Origin: Anthoceros angustus
Lineage: Eukaryota > Plantae > Anthocerotophyta
Reading direction: 5' to 3'
Length of the DNA stretch: 64,000 nucleotides
Assembly (NCBI GenBank): GCA_010909165.1
Contig: MU008185.1
Span: 620,001-684,000 of the forward strand
Both the position numbers and the translations under genes were made by a program. Below, one piece after another: positions 47,997 to 61,867 of the stretch; positions within the stretch are counted from its first letter, which is position 1, and the number at the start of each line of letters is the position of its first letter. The notes beneath the pieces are model-generated. The model had not been told where the DNA came from. It ran no database searches and saw only the letters and a program-made list of their open reading frames with translations.

Positions 47997-49190
47997 CTAA
48001 TCTACCCTATAACCCCCAACCGTCCCCAAGATGTCGCCGTCCAAGATAGGGAAGGGCATGCTTACCATTGGTGCTGCCGATTCCGCATCTCCAGTACTCG
48101 TGATCGTCCTAAAGATGGCGCTGGCCAGCGCTCTTTGCAGGGCGATGGAAACCCATTGCCTGAAATATGCCACAACACTGGAAAGGGGGAGGCCGACCCC
48201 ACCGCTGTCGTTGTGGTAGGCCCTTGCGCACTCCTTGATAAAACGAGAAAAAACCTTATGCAAGGCCCTATGGGTTTCAATGGCAAGGGGGGTGAAAATA
48301 TGACCACTGCATGGGCCTGTACTTGTAAATTTACTTAGTTGCGCTCCCTTCCGCCGCCCAACCTAGAGAGTTGAAAAAGACATGGTCGCTAACAGACTGT
48401 CTAGTTGGATCAATGACAACCACGTCCGCAATCAAAACCTCGTCCCCCCACATCAAGAAAGGGTCAGCCCTAATAGAGACACCATTGTGTAGAGTATATT
48501 GCCGCTCTTTGAAAGGGAAGAAACGGCTCTCCTTAGCCATCGAGAATATGACGTCTCAAACGGCGTCGTGTGTAGCAATACATTGTCCACCCATAAGACA
48601 ACGCGCTAAGTGGGCCCCAGGGTCATCGATGGAGGCCCCACAGCAGCAAGCCGGAAGAGAACAGGCTAGTGATTGGACCGACCCAGGCGAAACCTCATCG
48701 CGGTAGAAAAAGAAGCTAGTGCGATTCGGAACACCTGGATGCAAGGGCGGCCCAGGAGCCAGGAACCTACACCCTTCCCTGAGCAAGAGCGAAGGCGAGC
48801 TCTAGCGGGACGAGGAATTGAAGAATCCAGAAGAAGACCCTGCAGCACCTGCCCATAATGCTTCTCCTGGAGAGAAGCTTGCAACCCCCGGGTGTCTGCG
48901 AGAAACAAAGAAAAAGAAGGCATGGCCTCCTTGGCTAGAGGGGGTAAGTGGTCCCTAGCCGACCTTAGGGACACTTAGAAGCACCCCTCCTCAATTCCTG
49001 TGACGAAATTCTCCAAAATGCTGCTATCCCGGATAAGGAAGCGAGAGGCCAAAATTGGGACCGAGAGGGCCTAGCTTCCTAGAAAAGCCGCTCGCGTCGA
49101 GGCCTCCATGGCCAAAAGACCTGCGCCCCCAAAAATGATAGGGAGGGACGCTTGTCGCCGTCCAAGTCCTCGGCCGCACATTCGAAGGAA
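47997..49190 (-). mobile_element. RLE-type (CRE-like) non-LTR retrotransposon 3' remnant
   Basis: QASLPIIFGGAGL..AAFLGS, RLRSCSG..GSWL, CCCG..GAHLARC..THDAV, RAD..IADVVVIDP, FRQWVSIALQRALA; frameshifted. Confidence 0.8.
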
Positions 49191-49399
49191 CCTGGGCCGA
49201 AAATGTCTCCCAGAGACTGCATAACCATACATGAGTTGGAACTCCCCGGTTAAGCGTCCTTCCAACGGATCTATGCTCAGATGGGGTGCCATCTATCCCC
49301 CATCTGCATAGCCCTATAGGGCTACTTGTTTTTATCTGTTATAAAACCATCATGTCTTTGCCTATAGGGCTACCTATTTTTATTGTTATAAAAACATCA

Positions 49400-50750
49400 T
49401 GTCTTTGTCTTCGCAGCGTGTAGGGCCATCAACTGTTAATCTCCACTGCGTGCGCGGCCGCCAGTCGTTAGTATTCGCTGCATGTGGGGCCGCAAGTTGT
49501 TGGTGTCCTACGGGATTACTCCATATCAAAATCCCAGTGGCGGACTTCGATGTATGCTTTGAAATATTTATCAAGTCTTTGAATTCACTGAAAAATAATC
49601 CAAGGTCCCCATCCCAGACCTTATCGAACCATAAGGCCCTTAACCCCATAACGCTAAATCTTCTCATATTGAGTTGTTGAGCTCTCGTTTTGGGCTCCTC
49701 AATTTTTTTTACATATGTCTTTCACGTGGAACCTTTAAGCCATGTCCGTGGCAAGGGTCTAGACCATGTTGATTTTCACAACACAAAAACCAGGCCTCAT
49801 AGCAACGTCCAGACCACATCAATCACAAGGATTCTAAAAGATGCCTCTCAACCACGGCGTCTACTTAGGGTTCTTCTGAACTGGGGGCACTTGAACTGCT
49901 TTATACAGGGAGAACTGCCTCTAGGAATTGCTAAATAGGTATGTAATTCATTTGGAGGGTCCCACCTTTGAGCCTCTCGAATTTGATGAGCAACCGAATC
50001 TTGTCGGTATTCTTGGCAGGAAATTCCTTCTCAAGGATCAGATAAAACACTGCTACTAGGTCACCCACAAACGCTGTGGAAATAGTCGGTGACACACCCT
50101 GGGTAGTAGTGCCAGATCTAAAGCTGGAAGAGTAATGGAAGTAGGAGTGGGCCCTGTACCTCCATTGGCTGCATCAACAACAATAGCAGTTGCCTAAGCT
50201 ATTGACTGTGCACTTGTAATTGCTGCAACAAAGGCAGGATTGGGATTTGCAATTGTGGTAAGCAAGTTGGGTGAATGGATGCGAAATACATCCAAGGCCT
50301 CATCGGCCAACCATCTTGCCATTTGCTCAAAGGCATATTGCGGAGTAAAAGCAGCAACATGTCGCAGACACAGTTCTGAAACCAAAGTACCGTAATACAC
50401 TTTGAAGTTCCGCAAAGCCAGTGTTCCTCACCTCCTACCAAGCTTGGAAATCCTTTGATGCGAGGATTCAAGTTCCTCCATGGCAAATACTGAAGTATAA
50501 GCTAGTTGGAGGTATGCTACCTTGAAAAGTGGTAGTCTGGAATCTCCAACCTTGCGACTGTGACGCAGTGTCCTCAGCTTCATTCACAAGTCCTGGTTCT
50601 TTAACCAAAGCCTTGTTATTAACTTCCATCCCTGCTACTGTCCACAAAGGATCCAAAGTAGCCTCCACAAGACTAGGCTCTTGAGCTGCTTCATCTACCG
50701 AAGGACAAGCACATAGTCGTCATTGGCTTCTTGTCCCAGAGCCTTGAAAT
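49400..50750 (-). mobile_element. Probable decayed retrotransposon gag-like fragment
   Basis: Interrupted coding-like frames (YAFEQMARWLADEALDVF; LGLFFSEFKDL) inside a TE island; no diagnostic motif. Confidence 0.3.
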
Positions 50751-52299
50751 CTAAGAGGACCTGCTGGTTCCTCTCCTCCTATCTTAGCTTGATTACGTAA
50801 GAATTATGGAGATTTAGCTCCCTTGCCTGATATGCTCCAAGAAATCACGAGGAAACCCTCCACATGCTCACTAGAAAAAGCATATCAATGAGCTTACGCA
50901 CGAAATTATTCATTTTTCTGATTGCACCTCGAGACCAGTAGGTGGCTAAGCTACCGGTACCATAGCTGAACTGTGTGCTCCTACTCACAAAGCAAGAAGT
51001 GCAAAGAAGTTTTCAGCAAGTAAAGGCTTTGTGAAATGCCAGCAAAACTCACATTGCCTGCTAACGTAACCTTGCATACGGAGTCCAGCACAATCCTGAG
51101 ACCAGAGAGTTGCATCATGCTTATGCCCATGCATCAAACACATAGTAGAAATTACTTAGCATAAGATTGCATTCTTGAAAAGGCAAAGCCAATAACACAA
51201 AGGTCCATCCAACCAAAAGTCTGTTCAGAACTTGCTGGAACCTGTAGCCCTAGGAGTAGCGGATACTTATTTGCTACGCTCACCATCGGACCACAATCTG
51301 CCATCTTCAATTGATGCTGGAAATCCTTGCCTGTGTCTACCCGATAGCATATGGATCCCTTAATGTGCACACATCCTAATGATCCACTAAGCCATCACTT
51401 GCTTACTAGCATATATGGCTTGGACATTACAAGGCATTTACTAATCTATATAATAATAATATTATCTATTTTTAGATATTTTTTACAATTACCAATATAA
51501 AAACTAATTAATGAGAATAACTAAATACCTCAATATATGAGTATTATCAAATACGACAATCTACAACATGGTAAGTGTTCACCTCGATACCACTCCTCAC
51601 ATGGCAGCCTGCAATTTTACTAATTATCGTTCTTGCCTACTACTTGTCTTCTACTTGCTATTGTCTCTAACTTCCAGCATGTTCATCCTGCTCTCGTTGG
51701 GCACCGTGCTCCCAACTTCTCCACTTTCCATAGCCAAGTCAAAGCGTGGTCATGCCGAGCATGATGCCCCCATCCCTCTTGACTCTATTCTGTTGGTCAC
51801 TTCGCCAGCATCTCATACAATTCGAGCTGTTGATATTGCCCATATTGCATCGCCAAATGACCGTGCCAGAGGTAGGGAGAGGTGCCTTGCTTCCGACATG
51901 GAATCTCAGTTATCCATGTCCAAATTCGAACTCCCCAAAAATCCTTCAAATCCCAATGTCCTTTCTTAGCTTCATAATTCGAAGATGCAAGCATCTAGCG
52001 TGGTATTGTTGTTTGCTTTCATGTCGTCTAAATAATTATTGGCCATCATTCGTGCACGTCATCATCAAGTTCCCTCCAGCCCTCCCCATTCCCATGCGAT
52101 GTGGTAGCCCGAATTACCCCCACCACCGGTCTTGTAGAACCCAATCTCATAAGGACCTGAAGGTAAGAATGAGGACTAGCCTCTGCATCTGCCCTCCCTC
52201 CCTGCGCAAGGGCTCATCATGGACATGGATCAGCAGCCTGCCGCACCTCCTACCTCGTCATTCAACACTTCAACGTAAGCTCGTAGGCATAATGGGTGA

Positions 52300-53500
52300 A
52301 GGTTGAATTGCGCCATGTAGTACTTATCCCGTCAGCCACTCAGCTGTGCAAATAGCAAAACTAGATTAGAACGAGCAAGTTTATTTGCCTAAGCAATGTC
52401 TGAGTTGAATCACTTCATGTGCCTTAATATAGATAGGCTTGTGCACAGTACAATAATCTTCCAACCACATTCCAATAAACTTTCTAGAAGAGAAGATAAA
52501 AATATTGTAAACTTGATACCATTTCCCAGCCGCACGGCCTCATGATCGGAGCCAAAATACTCCTTGTAATCCTCTAAGCATGCTACGACTTCATCCACAA
52601 TCATATTCAACTTCGAGTTCAAATAGTTCTGGATCTTGCCTCTCAAATCATGAACGTGTATTGCAAAGTCAAATGTACTAGGATTGTTCATGAATAGAAC
52701 TATAGATGTTTAGAGGTTGGAAGGTTTCCAAAAATAATGTCCACCCGATGTTGCAATACACAACTGAATTTGCAACTAGATATCGGGCTTCGAACGACTG
52801 AATATTTCGAGATATACATCTGAACATAATAGCCTGATGACCAGGAGACAGACAACTCTTTCGAGCAATTGCAATCTCACAGTTGTGTTCTCTACTGTGA
52901 GAACACAACTAGAGAACACAGCACTAGTGAAGTGACCATGCTGTATCTTGGAAACCACTAGAGATAGACTCCCTCATTGGATAAAGTCCAAATTATATAA
53001 TAAGAAGTTCAAAGGAAAGGCGTGTTTTACCAGATTCCTGATAGCCTAAATACAAAGGCAAATGGGCTAGGTTCATTCTCCTCCTATTTCAAAAGCTTCG
53101 AAGTTTCTTCACTAACCTCACTGATGTTCTTCGGAAGATTATTCAATAATAATGCTGGTCTATTAATATACGCAGACAGATTTTGCTTGCATGGGGATGC
53201 ATATCTTCCTACAATTCACCAAGATGTTTTGAGCTGATTGTACACTTAATGATTGGTGCTTCACTTCCTACTTTTGTGGATGCTTCAACTCCTCCTCCTG
53301 ACGATGATTCACCTCATTTTTCTTCGCTGAGACCTCAACTTTCAAAATCAATACATAGTTACCGTTTTTAAAATCGAACTCAAGTGGGTTCGCGTCTTTA
53401 ATCTTTTTCCATCCTTTGGGATACGTTTTCATCAACACCACATTTGCTTGCACTCTATCATCCTCTTCTTTGATAAAAGCTTCACGTTCTTTGCACACCT
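52300..53500 (-). pseudogene. P-loop NTPase pseudogene (Crinkler-associated NTPase-like)
   Basis: PFAFVF(R)LSG[+1]SGKTRLSFELL at ~53004-53066, NMIVDE at ~52590-52607, then IIVLCTSLSI; stops and frameshifts. Confidence 0.5.
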
Positions 53501-54543
53501 AGACCTCCAACGAAATTGACAAGCATTCAAAGAATGCAAGTGCCTCTTCCACCGTCCTTGGGTGTGGCACTTTTGTAACCGGCCCCACAACCTTGCAATA
53601 GAGGGACCCCATAATTGTAGACGAGAAAGTTCACTCCTGCGTGCAACCACAATCAAAGGTTAAATGAACACTTGCTAAGAACTCTCGAAGCATATTAACA
53701 AGTGTACAAGAACCAACATCCCATATCAGCACATTCTATCTAGCTAGCAAACTCCCGCTACATCCGGCGAGCGGGAAACAATCTGCTTAGATACACATAT
53801 AGCTCAGCCCTAGAAAGTATACCCTGCTGCAGCCTTGGCGCCCTTAATAGCATCAGACTACGTATTTTGTAGCAATTCCTTTTGCGCAAGGAATAATGAG
53901 AGCGGTTAGCTTGCAACACCAGACGAGAGAATGAGCAGCGTAGTTCGCATCGCCTCTATCGAGTTTCCCGGCAGCCAGGGCTCTCTAAGGACTCGCTCGT
54001 GTGGAGGAGCTGTCCCTTGCTGGCCAGGCATGAGCCCTACCAGCTTTCCTCCAAATCAAGCTAAAAAGCTCCCATTTCTAGGTTGCCTCGCCATAAATTG
54101 TTGGAGGTGGTGAAGAGTAAGAACCGCAATTTGGAGGTTGCATGCTAATTCTAGATTAGGGACTGAACCACGATAGAGGCTTGCACGCTAATCGTGGAAT
54201 ATGAGTATATTATGTCAAAATAAATATTGACTGGTATGAATAAATCACACCCGGTATGTTAAGGAGGGAACTCTAAGGGCAAGCAAAACAATTGTGCATA
54301 CCATAGGTCCACACACATCGAGACATTTTCATTTATGTACTTTCATGATAACCTACTCAGGAAAAATCGGAAAAGACAATTGAAGACCTAACCAAGTTAA
54401 GGGGTCGCCGTGAGAACGACTGTGGCTTTCTTCTGCGACCTGCCGCTGTTGCGGCTGCCGCAATCCAGGCCTCCTTTACAAGAGCACGATCAGCTGAGGC
54501 CTAGTGGGCAGTTCTGCCTTCGTCTCCCTTGGTTTGCCACACC

Positions 54544-56667
54544 ATGGCGACCGCGCAGTTTAAGGTTCCGGAGGTGCCTGAGAATCCAGATGGTTGGGGT
54601 CCTCCGGAGAACTTGCCCCTGCAGAATCCTCTAGGGAACTTCCCGTTCGCTCCTACATCCATGTCCGAGAAGCTGGGCAGGGCAGCCGACTGGACCCGAG
54701 TTGGGGCTGCTCGCCCGCTTCCTGGCAGGGGAGCCGAGTACAGTGTTTTTGATTTTGTTTTCGACAGGGCGGAAGAGGAGACTTTCCAGCTGGTAGATGG
54801 CCGCCCCATCTCTCGGCCCAAATTTGGACCTCGCTGGAAGTACCAAAACAGGCCTCAGCTGCCTCAGCGCAAGGACGAGGAGCTCGAGTCACGGAAAAGG
54901 GAGGCTGAGAAGGAGAAGCAGCGGCGGGATCGTTTCTACTATCAGAGGAACATGCAGCGAAGGTAGGCATTTCTATGGTTTCCACATCTGAAAGGAATTA
55001 TTGTCGAAATTGTGATCTGGTTCTGATGGTGATCACCCTCGTGAATGCAGGGAAGCTTCGGTATACCGCAGCTCTGTAGACATCCAGCCGGAATGGAGTA
55101 TGCTAGAACAGATTCCGTTCAATACCTTCAGCAAGCTCAGCTTCCATGTGGGAGAACCCGAGGACCTTGTTACTTGCGGCGCACTTGAACCCTACGATAA
55201 AACCTTCGACCGTATCACACCGAAGAACGAGAAGCGCTTGGAGCGAGCTAAGAATCGAAGTTTCTACAAGGTAGGGCGTTTTGTTTCCGACTCTCAGTTG
55301 GCGATAGAGGGCTTTGTTTCTCTACCAAACTATCTCTTGTCCAGTGTAGCTCAGGCTGAAGGCAGTTGTTGCGGGTACGGGTTGTGGTAAATCTGGCAAC
55401 GGTTATCATCTGCAGTAGAGGTTGCTAACCGAGCATGGTCTTTCGTTGCGGCTGCAGGTTACAACTACTGATGACCCAGTAATTCGAAGGCTGGCGAGTG
55501 AGGACTTGGCAACAGTCTTTGCCACCGATGCCATACTGGCAACACTTATGTGTGCTCCTCGTTCTGTTTACTCTTGGGACATAGTGGTACAAAGGGTCGG
55601 GAATAAGCTATTTTTTGACAAGAGGGATGCCTCTCAGCTTGATCTGGTGGCCGTCAACGAGACTAGTACGGAACCTCTACCTGAGAATAAGGAGGACATC
55701 AACTCTGCCCACTCTCTGAGCGTTGAAGCTGCTTACATAAACCAAAACTTTTCTCAGCAGGTGAGTTTGAATGTGGCGTGATTCAATAGACATGTTTTCC
55801 CTTCGCTGTGGTTGAAGCTTGGTGAGTTGTGCCCCGGTGCTTGTGGCTGACTGAGATTGCCATCCAGGTCCTTGTCAAAGACGGTGAGAAATATGAGTTC
55901 CAAGAGCCAAACCCATTTGCCAGTGAGGGAGAAGAGGTTGCTTCCGTTGCCTATCGATATCGTAAATGGAGACTTGATTCCGAAATTTCGTTGGTGGCGA
56001 GATGTGAGCTTAATGGTTACATGCACAGCAAAGGGGCCGATTCTTTCATGGCAATCTATGCACTGAACGAGTTTGATCCTAAACTTACTGGTACATTTCC
56101 CCCTTGTGTCTGGGTTTCAGCATGTTGCTTGTATGGTGATGGACTTTTGACGTTAATTTCTATGTACAACCAGGTGTGGACTGGCGCCAGAAACTGGACA
56201 CCCAGAGAGGAGCTGTTCTTGCAACGGAACTGAAGAACAACGCGAATAAGCTTGCTAAATGGACGGCTCAAGCGATCCTGGCTGGTGCTGACGTGATGAA
56301 GTTGGGTTATGTTTCTCGCTTCCACCCAAGGGATCACTTTAACCACGCTATACTTGCTGTACAAGGGTACAAGCCCAGGGAATTCGCTTCACAGATAAAT
56401 CTCAGCACCAGCAACATGTGGGGCATTGTGAAGTCGATTGTGGAAGTTTGCTTGAAGCTTGATGAAGGGAAGTATGTCCTCGTTAAGGACCCATCGAAGC
56501 CTCAGGTTCGCCTGTATGAGGTTCCGGCGGATGCTTTTGAGAATGACTATGTGGAGGAGCCGCTGCCTGAAGAGGAACAGCTTCCCCCGCCTCCTGCCGA
56601 AGACGATACAGCTGCTGAAGCTGCGGCGAAGGCAAGTGATGAAAGGGATGTGGAGACTGAAGTGTAG
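54544..56667 (+). CDS. EIF3D: Translation initiation factor 3 subunit D; exons 54544-54962, 55051-55270, 55458-55760, 55868-56090, 56174-56667
   Basis: [64 protein letters not shown]. Confidence 0.97.
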
Positions 56668-57333
56668 GATTAACTCTCAAATTTTGGTTGTAAGCGTTTC
56701 CAGCGTGTGGGCTATCCTGGATGAAGCAACGGGTGTCTGGCGGCATCATTGAGAGCTTTTTTTTGGAGTACCCAGCCGGGTTATTTATTGGAAGAGTTGA
56801 TGGCATTGGGAGCGGCCTATAGGCAACAAGTCGAGGGCAATAACCGCCCCGCAGAGCGAAAATTTCATTCTCTTCAATAAGCATCGTCAGACTTTCTGTT
56901 CTCTCTTGCTGGGACTACGTTGTGCTTTCAAAGGACCTCCTCCCCTCTTAGGCCTCGTACATTTATCCCAACAGTTAACCTGTTGCGCCCGTTTGCATTT
57001 GCGATTTGTAACATTCGTCACAAGCAAGCAGAGCATATGAAATGGAAGTCTACAATTTTGCAACGAGAATGATTTACACAGGTACAACACAGAGAATGCC
57101 TTACTCGCCTCGTCCGGCAGAGAAACCAGAATTTTTGTTGCCACTGTTTCTTCCGAAACGAACGTTCTGTACAGAACTGCTCGTGATTACCCCACGTTAG
57201 GAGCAGCAAAGGGAAGAGCTTAGCAGTGCGGGTGAGCATATAGGTTGGAAGGTTGGGCAACCAAACCAAAAGAATGAGCAGTCACAAAGAATGACAAGCT
57301 GTTAATGACGGAAGCGGTACCAATGCAAAAAAA

Positions 57334-58784
57334 TCAAGGCAAGCGTTCAATTGCGTCCTTGATGGCCCTCTGAAACTCCTTGCTGTGAAGAATGAAGGAA
57401 GAGACATGCCCTCCTGTGACCCATCGAACCTCTGAGCCGGGCCACGCCTTTTGAAGTTCCAAGGCAGAGTGCTTTGGAATGAAGCCATCATCCTGCACGA
57501 AGGAAAACAACGAGATGCAGTGCCGAAACGAGGTCCGACCCCGCCACAGATCTATGTAACTGCCACAAAGAAAGAAGTACGTACCGTGGCAGCAACGACG
57601 ATGACGGAACGAGGACTCTTGGGGATGCCAAATCTTGTGACGTCCGTCAGGGACAAGACGGTGCGCATCCGCTCCCGAACCTGCTCCATCGTCATACCAA
57701 GATTTGTCATGCGAACCGCATCTTGCATCAGGGCATCCCAGGCCGTACCATGTTGCAGAATTCCCTCACAGAAGGCCACTGCAGCTGAGTGCGGAGCCAG
57801 CAACGGTAGCACAGCCAGTGGCTCTGGGTGCAAAGATCCCACCATTGCCGCATGCACACCGCCTGCGTCCGGTGCCGTGTCAGCGATGACCATGAGAGGC
57901 AAAACCGCACTGCAGGAAAGTCGAAAAGAGATCTCACATCCGTACCCATGCTCAGACCACAGACACCAAGCTTGGCAAACCCTGCATCTCTGTCCATCCA
58001 GTGGAGGAGAGAGCGGGCCTCTTCAATGGTTGCCCTTCCCAACAGGAAGAGGTCACTCACGCAGCGCAGTTTGGCCCCAAACTGCAGCTGGGGCCTCCTG
58101 TTCCCATAGAAGGGACTGCAACACAATACCTGCACACTCTGGTGATCCAGGCAGATCTGGAGATTGCAACAAGGAAGAACTGGCAACGGAGGCGTGGGTG
58201 AGGTTCCAACGGTATCCAGCTGTCTCACCTTTCAAGAACCATTGTGGCAATGTTATCTTTCAGCAGGGGGCTCCCAAGCCTCAAGCGGCGGTTGAAGCCA
58301 TGATCACCAGTGCCTGGAAGGCAAGAGGCGGGGGTTACAACCAGCAGTCGAATGAAGCACGCTGCTGTGACAAGGCCCTGCCCGGGCAGACTGTACCTGC
58401 CAAATGTAGCACGCAATGCGTGGTTTCTCTTGCAACATGACGTGGGGTGAGAAGCTGCACCCTGGCCAGATGGCTCTCCACAGGCAAAGCTTGTTTAAGC
58501 TGCTCATCACAGGGCGTCACGAACACGCCCTCCTCCAGCACCGCGGTCCGAGACATCCAGACGGTCCTCCACTTGGGCCGCACTGCCACCCGAGGACTTT
58601 GCGGAATGGACACTTGAGCCAGTCCGTGCGAAAGGAGCTGCCTGGTGAGCTGCTCCAGCAACACCAGATTTGAGCCTCCCCAGCCTCTAGAGAAAAACGG
58701 AGGCGCCAAGCGTAGCCTGTGCATAAACACGCCATACACATGGTCCAGCCAGTAATGGGCGGTGCCCAGATTGATGGCCACCAT
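57334..58784 (-). CDS. ABHD18: ABHD18-like alpha/beta hydrolase (DUF2048), multi-exon
   Basis: PPFFSRGWGG, HLAGTGDHGF, GVCGLSMG|GVHAAMVGSLHP, LSLTDVTRF, GGHVSSFILH..AIERLP*. Confidence 0.9.
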
Positions 58785-59568
58785 GGCTGTGGACCACGCC
58801 CCCTGACTATACCTCTGTTCCGATCAGCAGCCGTGCATGCTAGGTTTTCCGGATGCTCCCACCAAGCATGGATCTGACGCGCGGCTCGGCGCCATCTGTA
58901 AGCAGATGGCTGCAAATTGAAACGTCCTGGAAGTCGTGTTGCCGATTCCTAAAAGGAACGCAAAACCAAGCGGACTGCCTCGGACGGATGGGCCCGGGCG
59001 ATCTGCACAGGAGACCGTGGTTCTTGAGCACACGGAGGAGTCCAGGGGCTCATGTCTTAAGACTGGCGATCCATCTCCGAGCAACACGCACGGGTGGGTG
59101 ACACATTCCAGGTGGGTAGGCGTAGAGGTACAGATGATTCTACATATCCGTGCTGGCCAGATTCAAGGTGGGTCCAACCTCCAGGACGCCAGGCCGACCA
59201 GGATAAGGGAAAGTTGCACGTCACGAGTCATCCGCAAGCGTCCCTGGGGAGATAAAGTTAAAGGTAAATACACCATCCTCGGGTAATATACAGTCTCTTT
59301 CGTCTTTGCTTATTACAAACCAGGGACCGACAAGAAGGAAAGCTGCACATTATCGTGAAACCAAATACAGGATTAAAACAGCAAGGGCGGACAAACTATC
59401 ACAAACTCATCCTGCAGAGCCGCATGTCTGACAATGAGATCCCTTTCGGTGCAGAGTTCCTGACATGGTTGGCCGTGCCCCGTCCTTTTCAACAGCTCAT
59501 GGACCAAAGCATTGATAAAGCAGCTCAGCTCAGCTCGAAATCGAAATCCAGGACCACCGATCCTATCG

Positions 59569-61867
59569 TCAAGGTGTTCTAGTTGGACGTAAATCTATCT
59601 GTACATAAGGAGCTTTGGTGGATCCCTGGTGTGGGGCAGTTTTCTGCTCTTTGTGCTTGCCGTCATGGCTGCTTGGCTTCGCCACTTCACCTTGCTGTGG
59701 TCCAGATGACTCCTTTTCAGATTGCACATGCACTGCTGTGTCCTCAGGAGGGAACATACTGTGTAGACGCCTCAGTATAAGCTCAAAACTAGTGAACGTG
59801 ATGACAGCAGCAGGTGTGGTACGCAGTAAATTTGTTCCACAACCTCTGTAGAATCCTGTGATTCCTTCCTCCACAGCTATCTTTTTTATGCAATCAACAA
59901 GTCCCGCGTATCTGGGTTGTACCGCCTTTGAATGGCCTTGTTCCTGTAATCTTGTCCTTACAACCTATGTCAAAGATGTGCTTTATTAGTTGTCACACAT
60001 GGCGTGAAACACACCACAGGAAACGACCAATTGGGCTTACAACCCGAAATCAATGGGACACATATAGTCAATTACCTCATGAGGATACGTAAGTGTTGAA
60101 GCTGTGACTTTGGAGATGGATGACGCAAGGGCAACATGACCAGGACTCAGCTTATCTGATGTTGTTCCATCTGCAGCACAGGTTGTGTTCCCACAGGTCA
60201 CAAACTTTTTAAAGAAAGCTGGTGGTAGACATGAGTACACGCCTAGTTGACAGTATAAACACAGCCAGCAGGTGTCATCTCAATAACAAAAGAACCTTGT
60301 TCAGCGAGATAGTCTTTCATCTTCTCATACACAGGGAATTGTATGGCAACATGGCTGATTCCTGCTAACGCTGGTACCAGGCCGCTGCGATCATTCCACA
60401 GTAAGTGTAGATTATCAGTTGAAGCTCTCAAAGAGCAACTGGGAATCAATAACTTCTGGTGCACTCCACATCATGCTGGAAGTGGCAGCACTGGTTGCCC
60501 AAACACAAGCCCACCTGTAAAGTCCTCTTACACCCTCTTCCCTGAAAATTCGAACAAGTGCCGAAAAAGTTCCTTTGTATGGCACCAACTCTGGCCTCAG
60601 GCGCTGAGTCTGTCAGAAACGTTCAGTTGTCAACCAAAATTTTTAGAAACCACCAGCAACCCCCTCCATGGAAAGTGAAAACAACATTCGCACATTGCAA
60701 TGCAGGGGAAGACAAACATTGGCTTGAGGCATATTGCATGTGCCTCAAGCCAGAAAGCTCGCAGTCACAAAAGGAGCAAAAACTAGAGCAACAAGTTGAC
60801 ACACCGAGCACCTAACCTGATTTTGAACTAAAAACGATCACCAACCTGAAGGCGAGTCTTTACCACCCAAAGGGGATTGGTGGCAAGTATGGTGGCCGCC
60901 CCAGCACCTGCGGCAGCTAGGGCATTTGCCGGAAGAGAAAGCTTTTCGCTTTTGCCTCCATTGGAATCACCTGCAAGGCTAGTGTAAGAACGAACGCCAT
61001 GACCAAAACTTGACTTGAAATGAACGAATGAAGAGTCTGATTAGAAAACGCTGAGCTCACCATTCGTAAATGCTTCTTCTGCTTGTAATATATGCTTCAA
61101 CTGGTCATACACGGAAAAATAAACCTGGACAGCCCATGTTCCACATATCCGAATGAGAAACAGTCCACACATTCTCCTCAGAGGGGGCCTGTAAGGATAG
61201 ATCCAGATGGAAGGAAAGGAGTAGCACAGTATACCGCCCAATTCGGCAGCAATGCAACCATAGTAGGAGACAAGCCACGATAAAGACCCTTGACACCCTC
61301 ATCTCTAAAAATTTGCCCCAAATTCGCAGCAATAATCCCTCCTGCTTGGGCAGAGGAATGAAGGCAATAAGGACACTAGCATGAAAAGAATAAAAAATGG
61401 CATGTACATAGCTGCCGGAAATCCTGTCACACCTACCTTTCACTGCTGCCAACTTGGCTGGCAAGCGCTGAACTTGCAGCCGGGTTTTGACGACATCGAG
61501 AGGGCAGACAAACGTTGCCGCAATCGCCCCTGCAGGCCAAGGAAGATGATAAAATTCAGCAGCGAAGGTCAGAAATTGGAGGCAAAACCTACAAACTGGT
61601 ACACAAAACCAAGTGTGGACCTCGAACAGAGCCACCAAACGCCAACTGCCTGCTTCCATCTCCGCTCCGGGAAGGAAGGCACCCATTCAAGGCCCGTCCA
61701 CCAGGCAGCTCAAGTGCACACTAAATTTCAGTGCTCCCTAGGTGGAGAGGGGAAGGGGAGCACAGGGGCAAGCAGAAGCAGAATGACACACCCGCCCCAG
61801 CGCCCGCCGCGGCGTTGAACAGCTTGGAGCGCTGCTCATCAGGCATGTCTTCAATCCTCTTGCTCAT
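59569..61867 (-). CDS. Mitochondrial-carrier-family NAD+ transporter (NDT1/NDT2-like), multi-exon
   Basis: FNAAAGAGA|[26 protein letters not shown]|[36 protein letters not shown]|[28 protein letters not shown]. Confidence 0.93.
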
